From: Geosiphon pyriformis uo1
Lineage: Eukaryota > Fungi > Glomeromycota
Assembly (NCBI GenBank): GCA_016748015.1
Contig: JAAOMT010000263.1
Coordinates: 129,993-193,992 of the forward strand
Direction of reading: 5' to 3'
Length of the DNA: 64,000 bases
Under the pieces are notes generated by a model, which saw nothing but the letters and a program-made list of their open reading frames with translations, was not told where the DNA came from and did not search any database. Numbering within the stretch: the first letter of the stretch is position 1; every line of letters starts with the position of its first letter. Made by a program: the position numbers and the translations under genes. This document shows positions 12,850-26,734 of the stretch, one piece after another.

Positions 12850-15570
12850 ATGTTTTAATCTCTTATAAAATTATATATTTGGCGACTAAATAGATTAATT
12901 AGGTAAATTTGCAATGTATTTTAAACACTATCAAGGATTCAAATTAATTAGATGAATATTTTTATCTAAATACATATTTTTCTCTTTTTTGTGCATATAG
13001 CTTTTATTAAAATTTAATTTCAAGACTTTTTGTGTTTCATTCACATTTATGGGGTTATTTCGCATGAAATGGAATTTAAATGGAATTTAAAATTTTGAAA
13101 TAAAAAACTAAAGATTTTTTGGTTATATTATTATGTTGAATACTTTACTCATTTAATTTAATTGAAATTCTATTTAAAAAAACTAAAAAGAAGAAAATAA
13201 ACTATATTAATGTTCGTGTCTCTTAAAGCTCACTTACTGAACTAAATTTGGGTTACTAAAAAAGGTAGTAATTCCTTCAAACTATCAAAAACTGTGGGCC
13301 GGAATTATAAAATTCGTATTTTTTTGGAACTTGGAACCGTTATTAAAAAGATTCACATTTCCGGTGTAACTTGCTCTTTGTATTTTTTTTCAAGCGGATA
13401 AGATCTAAAGTACCCTTGAAATTTTCATGGATCATATTAAATAAATATTTTTGCAGAAATAAAATGATAAAATTTTGAGTTTAAAAAAACAATTTTTTCC
13501 ATTTTAATTTAAACTGCCTATTCTGCTTTTAATGTTATTATTTATCTGAAAATAGCAATTTGTAAAATGATGAAAAATTTTAAGTCTTTGAAGAATTCAT
13601 ATTGTATCCACATTTGAAAATGATTTATTTAAATTATTGAATTGTATTGTAAAACAACTTTGAAGATGTATTCCTGTTTTAATAATTCACAAGAATCAGC
13701 TCATTTTATCAAGTATTTTTAGCAGATTAATTTTGAGTGATTTCACTCTACCAGTTTAATATTGAAACATTTGGAATCAATCACATTTATTCAACCCCTT
13801 GAGTCTGACAAAGAATTTATTTCATGTTAAAATTTTTTTGATGATTAAAAAATTATTATATTTCTTTCACTTTATTTAAATTTTTTGAATTTATTTTATC
13901 ACATATACTTTAAATTTTCTATGATCTTGCTCTTGAGTATAAAGTGAATTACTTTCTATATTTATTCATTTACCCAGTTTCATTTATGCTCGAAATCTAT
14001 GAAGCATAAATTGTTCACTAATTCATTTTTTGCATAAAAAGGCTTTAAATGATTTTGTAAGTATTTTTTCAGAATAAAATTACAAGCACAAACCCATATT
14101 CAAATTTTTTTGGAATCGAATTGTTAAAAGAATATCAGGAGTACGTAAATATATTTAAGACAATTATCAAAAGCTTTGCTGAATAATTTTTGAATAATTA
14201 TGATTAAAAATTTTGGAAGAAAGCAATTTTTGATTCAGTGGTTTCAAATGAAAAAAGATATATATAGCTGAAAAAAATTGATAATATTATATATTTTTAA
14301 GTACAAAAACCACTTATCTGACTATCCCAGCCCAATTATGGCATTGATTGTCTTGAAAATGTAATTAAAGTAAATGCAAAGTAAAGTAAACAGTTCCATC
14401 AGTTATATCTAGGATTGTTTTTGCAATTAACTCTATATTTGCAATTGGCGCTACCATTAACAATTAGCAAGTTTTAAATTTATCTACCAAATATTTGGTT
14501 CCATGAAAAAATAGTAAGGCACAAAAACTATTGAAAGATAGATTGGGGCTCTGACGTATGTTTTTTTAATGGATAAGAAATCAAGCCATTTGTCTGAGTC
14601 TGAGTGACTTGGTTTTAAGACAAAAATTTGTGAATAAAGATAAATGAAGTATCGTCAATTTTTAATGAGGTCAAAATATGCATCAATAATAAGCTGCTCG
14701 CTCTAATTCATATTCAGAATCCTGATTAACTGTTTGTAGATAAATACCACTAGCTGAAAGTGGTTTTATAAAGGTGAAAGAAGATGAGAAAATTGAGAAT
14801 CGTTAAAATGGGACTCAAAAAAGAATATTTTTGGGTAATAAAATTACCAGTGTTGTCAGTAGTTATGATAAAAACGAAAGCTAAAATGGTGTAAGTTAAT
14901 TGTGTTGAAAGTAGAGCAAGTGTCAATAGCTCAACAAGCTCTAATGAATTAATGTATGCTAAAAATCGACACAATTTAGCATGGATATACTTACAAGCAT
15001 AAAATAGAAAGATATTCCTTCAATCCTAATTGAATAAGATATAAGCTTTTGCGCATTTTAAAACTTTGATGGAGAATTCGATAAAAATATTATGCATGTA
15101 AATGATTTCCTTTCTTGATTTTAAGCTTCATCTTAATATCAATCATAACATATTTTATGAAGAATTCTTTCAAGGCTTTCTTTGAATCAATTCAAATATT
15201 GCTAGACCTGAATATTTTGACCGACCTCAATATAACTTCTTTGAAAAACCAACTATTCTTGAGATATTTTCCATTCCACAAAATCAGATTTCGTACCAAG
15301 AATTTCGACCCATTCATATTAAAAGGTTTCAAAACAAAAATTTTCTTTGGAATTTTTTTTTTAGAGATTTTATATTCTTCCAAAACAAAAAAAGTGAAAT
15401 GATGCAAATTTACAAGTGAACATATGAGTATAATATTTACACACAAATCTAGCGATGAAAACTCAACTCATTCTCAGAAAAGATTTGACATTCGATTTTA
15501 ATTTGTGATTGATAGATTCTTTATGACCTGACTATTACGTGAAAGATCACTCAAGTGTTTCTGTGAGATA

Positions 15571-16485
15571 TTAGTTTATATTCTTTTTAGAAATGCATGT
15601 TCGTGATCTCGGAGCCCAAGAGTGTGGATTTTGACTTTTCATCTTTTGTATTATTAATTTAGATGAATCGTAGATTTTAGGAAACTGACTAATGACCATA
15701 TTTGCAGTATGCTTGGGATCTAAAAGAGATTTTGAGACCTTAACATGATCCAGTTTTGTTAAAGGCATCAAAGAAATGTGTTGAGTCTTTTTGCTACCAC
15801 CCTTTTGAATAACAGTTTGATCACTTTTTGGCTTAGATGAAAACCTTTTAATTTTCGAATCGATCTGAAATTTGCTTGCTTTCTTTGGTTGGTTGGTTTG
15901 TGTCAAAACTGGTTTCAAAGTTTCCCTAACTTTCTGTATCAAGGGTAGATTAATTTTGGGCGATTTAGCAATGCTAATGTTGCTAGAATGTCTCTTGAGA
16001 GATTTTCCTTTCTGGATTGATTTATTGTGGTTTTGTTGGATTGGAAAAGGTTTAATTGATTCTTTCCTGGTTGAAGTTAAATACCATTCAAGGCTAAGTT
16101 TGAATGAGTGAGGAACCGGCTCTTGCAAAATCTTTGCCTTTAATTTCAAATAACGAGTGGGTTTTTGTTCGTCGAGTCCGAGATACCCACCATACGGCAC
16201 GTTGTCTTTCTCGTTTTTCTTCATACAGTCAGTATGATTTACTTCCAAAGATTGAATACAAGACACTTCCACTGATTTTGTTTGGGCTTTTGATGGCTGC
16301 ATTGGCCGGAACCAAGTCTCCAAAGGTTCCTTAGGCACTTTAGCATTTTCAATCTCGGCCTTCTTCTGCAAGAAGGTAAGAATTGGACATGTTTTTTTAT
16401 TTGAGACAATGAGACCCATATAGAAAGGATAAGGGGTTGGTTGCGAACAAGGAGCTTGGGTAGTTAAGGCGATATTGAAAGGCAT
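15571..16485 (-). CDS. Uncharacterised basic protein, family member 1 (304 aa)
   Basis: Long ORF, first ATG at 16485. Motifs PFYMGLI..NKKT.PIL.FLQKK and YLGLD..KPTRYLKLKA.IL.EP are shared with 24538 and 33791. Confidence 0.8.
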   Translation of the reverse strand: MPFNIALTTQAPCSQPTPYPFYMGLIVSNKKTCPILTFLQKKAEIENAKVPKEPLETWFRPMQPSKAQTKSVEVSCIQSLEVNHTDCMKKNEKDNVPYGGYLGLDEQKPTRYLKLKAKILQEPVPHSFKLSLEWYLTSTRKESIKPFPIQQNHNKSIQKGKSLKRHSSNISIAKSPKINLPLIQKVRETLKPVLTQTNQPKKASKFQIDSKIKRFSSKPKSDQTVIQKGGSKKTQHISLMPLTKLDHVKVSKSLLDPKHTANMVISQFPKIYDSSKLIIQKMKSQNPHSWAPRSRTCISKKNIN

Positions 16486-19400
16486 TTTGTGTTTGTAATT
16501 CTCAAGAAATTTAAACAAAATATTTGTTCAAGTAAGTAAGTGAAAAGTGATCGGAAACGACTAGCTGTTTGAAAGAAGATTTCGATTGTGATATCGATTG
16601 CTTTTGATTCCTGTTTCACTTGGTTAAAAATCTGGTTTTTTGAACTGATTTCGATTGAAGCCCCCAAAAATTATGTTTGATTTTATATAAAGCCCCGAAT
16701 TATAATGAGCATTCTATTCGACATCTTGAAACATAAGATTTTTGCATACATCTCGCTCTAATTAAATCTGATCCTGCGTGAAAAGGAGTTTTTAAGAATC
16801 AAGGCTCCTAGTGTAATCAACAAATAATTCAGTATTGAAATTTACAATTTACAGATAGCGTTTTCGCATACGTGAGTCAAAAAATATGATTTTTTTATGA
16901 TGATTTGTTTTCATGTAATCAAAAGAAAATCCCTAGCCTTGGAATTAATCTTTCATGCATTAAATCCAAAAAACCACCCTTTTGGAAACCAAAAGAATGT
17001 AATTTTTGGTTAATGATTTTTTTAGTGATTTTTTTGTTCTTGATGATCAATTATTTTTAATATGCAGGTAATAATAATATTCCTGCTTGTTGTATTGTCG
17101 ATTTTTATAATCCAAATATAGATTTCGAGAATCTAAGTTTAACCTCATGTCAAAAGTTTAATAATGTGAAGAAATTAGTAAATTTACATTGCTCGTTAAT
17201 AAATTATATTTGCTAGGAGCCTGCGAAGAATTCATTTAAATCATATATTCATCCCTTGATTTTTCAGCAGATGAAATAGTTTAGATTCTATTTTGCGAAA
17301 AAAATTTAAAAATAGAATTTTCGAAACTTTAAGAGTTTAGTGTCTCGACTTTGACTTCCGAAATATTTGATCAATAAAAGTATATTTTTTTATTTGGTAG
17401 ATTTTTTAGAATTTTCCAAAGTTAAAATATAAAAATCACTTGACAAATGAGAAGTTAGCTTGCTTTAAAAATTGTAATCATTATAGATTGTTTAAAATTA
17501 ATTTGCCCCTATGTTTCAAGTATTAATTTTTCGTTGGTGTTTAAAAGCCTTGGAAGTTTCTTTTTTGAGATTTATGGAATTATAAGTTAAGAATGTTCCG
17601 CATGCAGTAAACTTTGTTGATCAAGAATTCTTAAGATTTGAGTTTATTATTTAAGTTTAAAATTAGAAGGAAATTTTCAATAGCTTAAAGCCCAAAAATT
17701 CAGGTTATCTTTTGATACCATAATTTAAAGGGAAAAGAATCAAATTTTAGATTGTTAAATCTTGAACACCAGATTTTGGTGATTTTTATCATGCCAGAAT
17801 AAAACCCTTAAATTTTTCGCTCCAAAAAGTAATCGTTGTAATGATGACTTTATTCAAGATTAGCAAAAAGGCTTTCAAACTACGATTGGTGATAAGTATC
17901 GATGCCAAGAGAAAAATTCAATTGGAATCGAGGAATTGGCGTGGGAAAAAAGCTTTAAATTTGGGAAATATCACTTGGAAAATAGTTGACGAGTGAATTT
18001 TTAACTTTAATCTTCGATTTATGTCAGATTTGTTTGAAAATCGATGAGGATGAGCGAAATGTTTTAACCATCTGCTTTTTGTAAAGATATATGCGTAGAA
18101 TTCCAAGGTACTTTTATTTTTTAAAGAGACAGCTCTTTGTAAAACCAGCTATAAGATCGGTGAAAAAAATTTTTGCCTTAAGAAAATCACAAAAATAAAA
18201 GTTTAAAAATTGTAAATCTTCCTTAACAATGAATAATGGTTTTAAGAGATTTCATCTAATTATTGGCAAAACCTTTTTTTGAATATTGAAGTCCTGGATT
18301 GACCGTTTTCGCAAATTTAAATTGGAGTTATTATCACGCTTCATTTTTCTAGGTTTTTTGTAAGAATTTTGTCAGTTCAAACTTTAAAAAAAGCTTATTT
18401 ATCAAAAAATGTTGACATATCTAGATTGACTATTCGCGAAAATAGACAGATAAATACACAAATAAATAAATTTTTTGAAAAACCTGAAAGAAATGAGAGT
18501 GCTGTAATTTTAGTTGGTCTTTATGCTAAACGATTTGAACTCAAAATATCTAACATTGTTTTTCCAGTTGTTGTTTTCACCAGAATGAGATATCTTGTGA
18601 AAAATAGGAGAATTGATTTTATAATTTTTTAAACTTCTTGAATAATTTATTTATTCTCAGCAAATAAAATGAATTATCACATTATCTTTATCTAAAAGCA
18701 AAACTTTAAAGATTAACAAATTGGTTCAAAAACACTAATTCTCTTGCCATAATGACTAAAAACACTAAAAATAAAAAAATTCTTTCATTTTTAAAAATAA
18801 TCAATTGAAAAGTGCCTACCATTTCTAAATATTGAAACAAACTTAATGAATAATAAATTCATTGTTATTTTCTTAGTAAAATTTTCAAAAGGTATGTAAA
18901 AATATCCTGATCAAATTTATTTTTGAAAACAAAAAAAGTATTATTCACTTTGAAATCTTAATTATTGGCTTTATCAAGTTTCGCAATGAAAATTTATTCT
19001 CTTTAAAAGTTGAAGAGCCATGCTCAAAGTATAAAAAAAAGTCAATTTGTAATTTTTGCTTTAAATTGACATTCATTGTAAGCATCCTTAGTTGAGGTAT
19101 TCATTGATCCTTTTGCTCCTAGTTCATCACAAATTTGCTTTAGAAGCATTGCACTTGCCCATTAAGAAAAGTTATTTTATTCAAATGAGAAATCTTGATT
19201 AGAAAATAATTTCATTCCCAATTTAATTGTCAAAGGGAGAATTTTACGTGTTGCTGTACAATAACCCGGTAATTCTTTTGCTCATTTCGAGGTCAGCTGA
19301 AACGCAATGCGCGAGTGAATCGTTTGGTAGTCGGTCAATAAAAAGGTTACCTTAAATTTGAATTACCTATTTGAAGTAGCCGTAATGAGAGTATTGAGAC

Positions 19401-19717
19401 AACGATTTTATAACTTATAAAAAATTGAAAGGTTTCATTTCTTTGAATAAAATATTTAACTTGTTAAATGAGCTTTTGTCGTATCAGTCGCATGATGATC
19501 CATAACTTTAAACAAGATTTGGTGGGCTCTTGTCGTACCAAACTTAGATGGTTTTGAAAATAGCTAGATTCTTTTTATAAACAATACTGTGCATGCAATA
19601 ACTAATTGATGGTGACGATAAAGTAGTTTCTCTATTGAAAAATCAAATATTAAAACATGCATACTAAACTCTGAAATTTTAAGCTAGAAAAAGATCTTTA
19701 ATTCTTATATTTTACTC

Positions 19718-21228
19718 ATGGCACCCCAACAATTTTTTCAGGCTTTATCTCAGGATTTCGGGAGCTTATTGAATAATCAAATTTTCTCTGATGTTAGAAT
19801 TGTCGTGGGCAAGACACAAAACACCAGAACTTTTAATGCTCATTCGCCAATTTTAGGAGCGAGATCATCATATTTTGTCAGGGCACTCTCTAATGATTGT
19901 GTTAAAAGAGAAAATAATACCATTATTATCCACATACCCAATATACCACCTAGAATTTTTGAAGTGGTTCTTAGGTAGGTATATTTAGTTTCCTTAACAG
20001 TATTTAACTCAAATGATTCACCTGTTCTATTTTTCTGGACAGATATATTTATAATGGCGAAATTTCTCTTGAAGAACACGGAATACTTGCGATCTTGGAA
20101 TTGCTTGTTGCTGCTGATGAGCTCAGTTTGAAAAATCTCACAAACTACCTGGAAGACTATCTAATTGAACATCATGCAAAAATGCTAGAGGAAAACTTTG
20201 CCTCTTTGCATGAAACATCATTTATGCATGATTCGTTCAAAAAGCTACAAGAATTCTGCACCCAAATAGCTGCTAAAAGTCCAGCTATAATCTTCAGATC
20301 CCAAGATTTCACCTCCCTTAATAAAAGTTTTCTTTCTTCGATTTTATCCCGGAATGACCTTATCATGGAAGAATCTCAAATTTGGGAAAAGGTTGTGGAA
20401 TGGGGAGTTGCTAAATTGGGTAGCAATATTGATATAAAAGAAATCTCTAACTGGACAGATGAAAACTTTGAAGCCTTTAAGGAAATAATTGAAGAATTTC
20501 TACCTTTAATCCGGTTCTTTCATATATCTTCGGTTGACTTCTACTACAAAGTAAAACCGTTTGAAAAAATCTTGCCCGAAACTTTATATGAGGATCTTTT
20601 ACATCATTATTTGGTACCGGGGAGTCATCAAATGTCTGTAGACGCTCAGCCATTACGTTGTTCTCGATTAAATGTTGATTCGAAGCTTCTTCGATTGCAT
20701 AATGTAGAGCAGCTTGATCACTGGATTCAGGGGAAAGACGAAAATACTCCTTACCAAAACCAACTTGAATATGATTTTGATTTGTTACTTCGAGGCAGTC
20801 GAGACGGATTCAGTCCAGCTGATTTTCATCGATTATGCGATAATAAAGGAGCAACAGTTAGTGTTATCAAAGTGAAAGGAACTGGTCAATTAATTGGTGG
20901 GTATACCCAAGCATCTTGGGATTCTAGGAATGGATTTTTAAATGGAACAGGAAGTTTTATTTTTTCTCTTGGAGATGGCAAAGCTGAAAATGCTAAACTT
21001 AGCAAATCTATTTCCGATAATGGACCTTATGGTGCATCAAATCGTGGACCAGAATTTGGCTGGAATAGTATTGTAATGAAAAGTGAAGATTTTCAAAATA
21101 GGCCTGGATGCTCTTATGGAAAGGATTTAAATTATGAGCACACGATAATGCCTAATTCAGAAAATGAACAAGTAGACTTCTTTGTCGAGGAGTATGAAGT
21201 TTTTCGAATCAGAAAACATGAAACTTAG
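19718..21228 (+). CDS. BTB/POZ-BACK-TLDc protein, about 480 aa (exons 19718..19974, 20043..21228)
   Basis: BTB motifs, BACK (LSRNDL..EE.QIWE.VVEWG, LPLIRF) and TLDc (LLLRGSRDGF...FHRLCDNKG.T, LIGGY, SFIFSL, GP.FG, VEEYEVF). Confidence 0.93.
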
Positions 21229-22723
21229 TTCATATAAATCAAATAATTGAGTTTTTATATTTTCTAAAGTTTATATCAAAAAGGGCTTCCTATTTTAGAA
21301 ATTTGTACGAGTAAAGTATTTTATAGCCTATTACTCTAAGTATAAAATAAATAACAGAATGGATATTAAGTATTATTCATTTATTTTAATGATCAGAACA
21401 TTCTGAATATATGAAGCTTTTTTTTGAATAACATTAGTTAGAGCTTGGAAAAATAATAAAAATATTGCTCATTTAAAATTCTTTGAGTTCACTTTTTGAA
21501 GATATTAAACCATAAAATGCTTCAAGATCTTTTTATTTATCGTGTTATTCATTAAATAGCATTAGAAAAGTCACTTCTACATGTTTCAGCATGATTATAT
21601 TTGTTCGCTATTCAAAGTGTAAATTTAGATTTAATATAAATAAATGTCGATGGTATTTAGTATTTACTGGGAAGTGGCATTGAAAGAGATAATCTGAAAA
21701 AGTAAACTTAAAATTCGAATTAAGAGACTTGAAAGATTTAATCATGGTTATCTTGAAAATATATTTATTTTTTATTCATTCTAACAATGTCAATCAAGAA
21801 ACGTGATTGAAAAATTAATAGGTAACTCTGCTTAGCAGTTTATTAACTATTTCAATAAAATCTTGCATAAAAAGAGTTTTTCCTTTATTAGCAAGAAACA
21901 TCGCTAAGCAATCAACATGCTATTCATTCAATCCTTATAATGATTTTTATGAATCAGATTATAATAAATTTATTGTCCTTTTATTTTGGAACAATTCATT
22001 AACTTTTAATTTGCTAAATTCTGATGAATATTAGATATTAAATAATTCTAAAGATTTATGTTATTCAAAAATATCTATTTATGATGAAAACTTCAATTTA
22101 GTATTTGAAAAGCAATACTATTTTTAAGATTTAATTCAAGTTCAATATATAAAATAAATATATTGTCAGTTTAATATTTTAGACTGAAAATATATTCAAT
22201 CATGATGGGCTTAGATTCTTAAGAAAAATGATATTTTGCTAATCTGAATTCAAGATTTAAAGTTGATTTAGAAAGTATATTTTTAACAAGGCTTTGAAAG
22301 TTTTGTTCATAAATTAAGAATATTTTTATTTTAAAATCACTAAAAATTAGCTCAATATTCTAATCAGCAAATGAGTAAAAATTAGAGAAATTAGCTTTTA
22401 AATAAAATCTTCCTTGTAAAAAAGAAATTAATTTAATACACATAAACCGCGCTGCAAAAACTTGATATTTTTATATATAGATATCATAAAATCCAAATTC
22501 AAAAACATCTCTTCATTGATAGACTACTTAAAAAAGATGTCATATTTATTTCAATTGAACAAAAATCTATTGAAAACCATTTTTCCCAAAAATATTAATT
22601 GATCATTTTTTTAAGTTGATATTTCCTACAGAAATTTATTTTATCCCTGCACATATAATTTCAAGATTATTCATTACGACTAAAAGTATTTTCATGAACC
22701 ACAATCTTAAAAATTACATAAAT

Positions 22724-22893
22724 TAAGTTTTATGTTTTCTCATTTGAAAAAATTCATACTTCTCGACAAAAGAAGTAAACAAAATTCATTTTTTGAATCA
22801 GGGATTATCGCGTGCTCATATAATGAATCATTTTGACAAGGGCATCTAATACAATTTTCAAAATCTTTACTTTCCATTGCAATACTCAACTGC
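22724..22893 (-). pseudogene. Relic 3' end of a BTB-TLDc gene
   Basis: The reverse complement encodes SIAMESKDFEN..C.C...YEHAIIPDSKNE, then after a frameshift VEKYEFFQMRKHKT*. This matches the C-terminus of the 19718..21228 protein (YEVFRIRKHET*). Confidence 0.8.
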
Positions 22894-24537
22894 TCTAATG
22901 AGGTATATTGTTTCTAATGACAAATAGTGTTATAGACAAAAACTTTAAAGAATAAATGATATGACCTAGAATCAAAGGTTGCTTTTATAAAGCTGACCAT
23001 GCTGAGTGTTGAGAAGTTTTTCTTATTACTTTTTATTAAGGTTTTAATTTCAAAGCTCCTTAGTATATATATATATCAACAGTAAAGGAACAAGTCCTTT
23101 CTCTTCTGATTAGGTAATGCTTTTTTAAGCAGCGTACATATTTATATTTGGCTTAAGAAACGCATTAACTTTTTTAAAAAAATTTAAAATTAAATAATAT
23201 AATAATTCTAATATAACATTGATCTAATTCTGTTGTGGTGTCTTTATTAAATCTTGCTTAATTTCAAAATTATAATATATCATCTAATGAAATTCATCAA
23301 TTTCTATAAAAGAAATATATATATATAAAACAATATTTTATTAAAATATAGTGTTTAAATAATAAAAATTCCAAGGGTTAACAAAATATTAGCATATTCT
23401 TTTGAACTTTTAATTGGTTTTATTATTGTCAAAGAATCAATATAATATTTATTAGTTTTTTGCCATATTTGCATATAATCATCTAATTTAAAAAATGCAA
23501 TTTAATTATATATGATTTATTATTTCTTATTCATGCAATATTTTTTAATTCAAATAAACAAAATAACTTTTAATTATATATTTCTCATAAATGTTTGTAT
23601 TTATAATAAAATTTTCAATTTTGTGTTTAATTAATATGTAATGTTATCAAAAGAAACAAAATAAATTTTTATGAAATTAGTCAAAAAACCTTTAATATTG
23701 AATAATAATCTTATTATACTGCTTTGATAATAAATTCAATTTGATTTATATATCTTAAATATATATTTTAATTTAGTTTAATTTGTTTTTTACGTTTTCT
23801 ATTTATTTAAAAAATGATTTCAGCGGTAAACTATTTTTTGGTCAATTGAATTAATTTTATTATACAATTATTGATATAAATCGTTATAATACATTTAAAA
23901 AAATATATTTTTCAATACATTAAGTCATTATTTTAATAAAAACCTTTAAAAACCATATCAAGTTTAAAGCAGATTAGTTATAATAGTATAAATATATTTA
24001 TAATTGGTTTTAAAAAAACTAAAAGTTTTTTAAGTTTCAAAATTAAATTAATTATTTAAAGAGTCAATTGCTATCATTTTTGTTTCGAACTTTTGATAAA
24101 AAAGTTTAAATTGGGGTTAATATTTAAAAAGCAAACTGATTTCAATGTTTTTATTTAAATAACAAAATTTATAATATCTAGGTAGCTGATTGCAATATTT
24201 AAAAAAAATAATTTCATTATAATAATTCTATTTTTTATGATTACATAACAAATAATTAAATTGTCAATAATTCAATGCTGAACTTAAAGATCTCTTTTTA
24301 AATATCAGAATAATAGTCAGTTTTTCAGCACCATTATGATTCGATAAATTATTTAAGCTAAAAAAATTGGGTCACTTTATTGAACTATTTTGGAGTGATT
24401 ACTATTTTATTTGTAGCGAAAATTTGTTTTAAATTTACAATATTGGATTTATGAGTGAAATATTTACAAAATAGTCTAGCGAAGATAATGGAATTGGATT
24501 TCAAGTGTGATTGTCGAGGTTCTTTAATAGCCAAGAA

Positions 24538-25488
24538 TTAATCTAAATACCAGCTTTGATACAATTTTGACTTATTTTTTGAAGAAACACAAATACATGA
24601 GTTTGGGAGTTTAGAAGCTTGATTTGTAATTTTAGATGAATTGTATAGTTTTGTGACCCAGTTGTTGATACTTTGAGAGATTTTTACAGGTGTATTTTTT
24701 GAATTTCGAGTTGTTTTTTTGGGTTTTTCCTGTTCAAATTTCTTGATCTCTTTCAAATAATTAGTCCAAGTCTTGTCATTAATACTTATTTTATCCTTTT
24801 TACGTGTGACAAATAATGACTTGCCAATCTTGGAATCAGTTCGAGGCTTGCTTGCGATTAAACTTTGCCTTTTTTGGCTTATAGCTGGCTTTAAAGCTTT
24901 ACTTTCATTTTTATTTTTTACCATTGTCTTATGAACAGTAGGCTGGCCTTCATTACGCATGTCTGGAACCTTGCCTTTAGGAAGGAATTCATTTCGTTTT
25001 TGTTTGACCTTTCGAGGTTTAATAAACTTGTCCCCGACTGGAGGCAGGAGATATTCAAGGTTAAGTGTAAATTCGTAAGGAATCGGTTCATTTAAGATAT
25101 TTGCTTTTGTTTTTAGATAGCGAGACCCTTTTTTGCCCTCGAGTCCAATATAATTAGTATAAGATACGGATTCTAGGTCGTTTTTGTCTTTAATTTTTTG
25201 ATTTTGTAAACTCATGTTATCACCCAAATTTCTTTCAGAATCTTTAGGTAAAAATACTTTCAATTTTTTCAGAATTAAACTTTCTGCTTGTTGAACTGGC
25301 GGGAACCAGTTCTCAAGCGGAGCTTTTGGTTTCTTGGCAATTTCAATTTCAACCTTTTTCTGCAAAAAGTTTAAAATGGGAGAAGTTTTTTTGTTGGTAG
25401 CGATGAGACCCATGTAGAATGGGAAAGTGACTGATTGAGAATTGATAGCTGGAGCAATTCCAATAGTGCCTGAAATTTTCAAAGACAT
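24538..25488 (-). CDS. Uncharacterised basic protein, family member 2 (316 aa)
   Basis: Intronless ORF with the conserved family motifs and a Lys-rich tail. Confidence 0.82.
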   Translation of the reverse strand: MSLKISGTIGIAPAINSQSVTFPFYMGLIATNKKTSPILNFLQKKVEIEIAKKPKAPLENWFPPVQQAESLILKKLKVFLPKDSERNLGDNMSLQNQKIKDKNDLESVSYTNYIGLEGKKGSRYLKTKANILNEPIPYEFTLNLEYLLPPVGDKFIKPRKVKQKRNEFLPKGKVPDMRNEGQPTVHKTMVKNKNESKALKPAISQKRQSLIASKPRTDSKIGKSLFVTRKKDKISINDKTWTNYLKEIKKFEQEKPKKTTRNSKNTPVKISQSINNWVTKLYNSSKITNQASKLPNSCICVSSKNKSKLYQSWYLD

Positions 25489-26734
25489 TTTGAATAAGGG
25501 TTTAAGAAATGTTAAAAAGTTCAGTGAAAGGTTCGTGACCGTATGTTTTGAATGAATAAAAATGAACTATATATCAAAAAAACGAGTTATTTTAGTTGTT
25601 TGAAAGTAAGTTTTAGTTTCTTTTGCTTTATGATCTCAATTGTTTGAATCGATTTAATCAAATCTTTTAAGCTCCCTTTATTTTATACAAAATCAGAATG
25701 TGCTATCAAATCCCAATGGCAATTTTTAAATCAATAGATTTTTTCTCGACTTAGAGAAATTTCTTTTTCGAATCAAAGCAATTGAAAATTATCCTGCATG
25801 CAATGCTGCTTATCGTGTTTAAATTTCTGCAATTTTTTTCAGTCACCAAAAAGCAGTTTCAGCTTAACCCTAAATATTTTTAATGTAATCGGAAATATTT
25901 TAAAGTTATATGCTGTTGATTTCAGCCCGAAATTCTAAAGAAATTTTTAATTTGATCTAATATGTATGTAGGGCTTTTAGATGCAAAAAAATTCTACATC
26001 AAAATGGAATCTTTTTTTTTTTATAAAAAAGTTTATCCAATTAATGTAACATAGCCCTCCTTAAGTGAAATAATGAGGAATTAGAATCCTTTTTAATAAT
26101 TTTTTGTTTTCATTTTAAGGGAAAATGAAACTATTCGAAAGATTTTTATTTTAACCAAAATGCGGTTAAGAAAATTGATTTTTGCTGATTCTTTTGTAAG
26201 CAACATTTTGTATCACACGATCATTTTTTTGAACCAACAATGTGATAAGTAAATGCCTTGAATTTCAACTATTGGTAGTGAAAAACTTGAAAAATTATAA
26301 ATTTTTATTTCAATAAATTAAACCATGAGAATAAATGAGGGTTGTTTCATCATTAAAAGATTTTCTCTCATTATTTATTTAAAATCCTTTAAGTCTGTTC
26401 CATGCTAGAATTATTTTGATCAATTCCAGCTTTAAAAGTTTAAAGCTCGTGACTGATTTGACATATTTACATATCAAAAGGAGAAAAATATAGAATTTTT
26501 TTTCTTAGATAGTGAAAATATAGCAATGAAAAATATTCAAATTGAACCAATGTGGTGTATCAAAAAAACGGGTTTCAAACTCATTATTACAAAAGAATAA
26601 ATATTTTTTTTGATTAAATCCACAAGAAATGTTTTGTTCCAAATAAACTTATTCTTTAAAAATTTATAATAAATGCTAATGACCTAGGTTCCCCTATATA
26701 AAATTAGCAGGGTAAACAGGTATTGATTATTTTA

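Noticed and set aside
14400-15000. Possible decayed gene or transposon fragment
   Set aside because: No recognisable protein motif in any frame, so it cannot be supported without a search.
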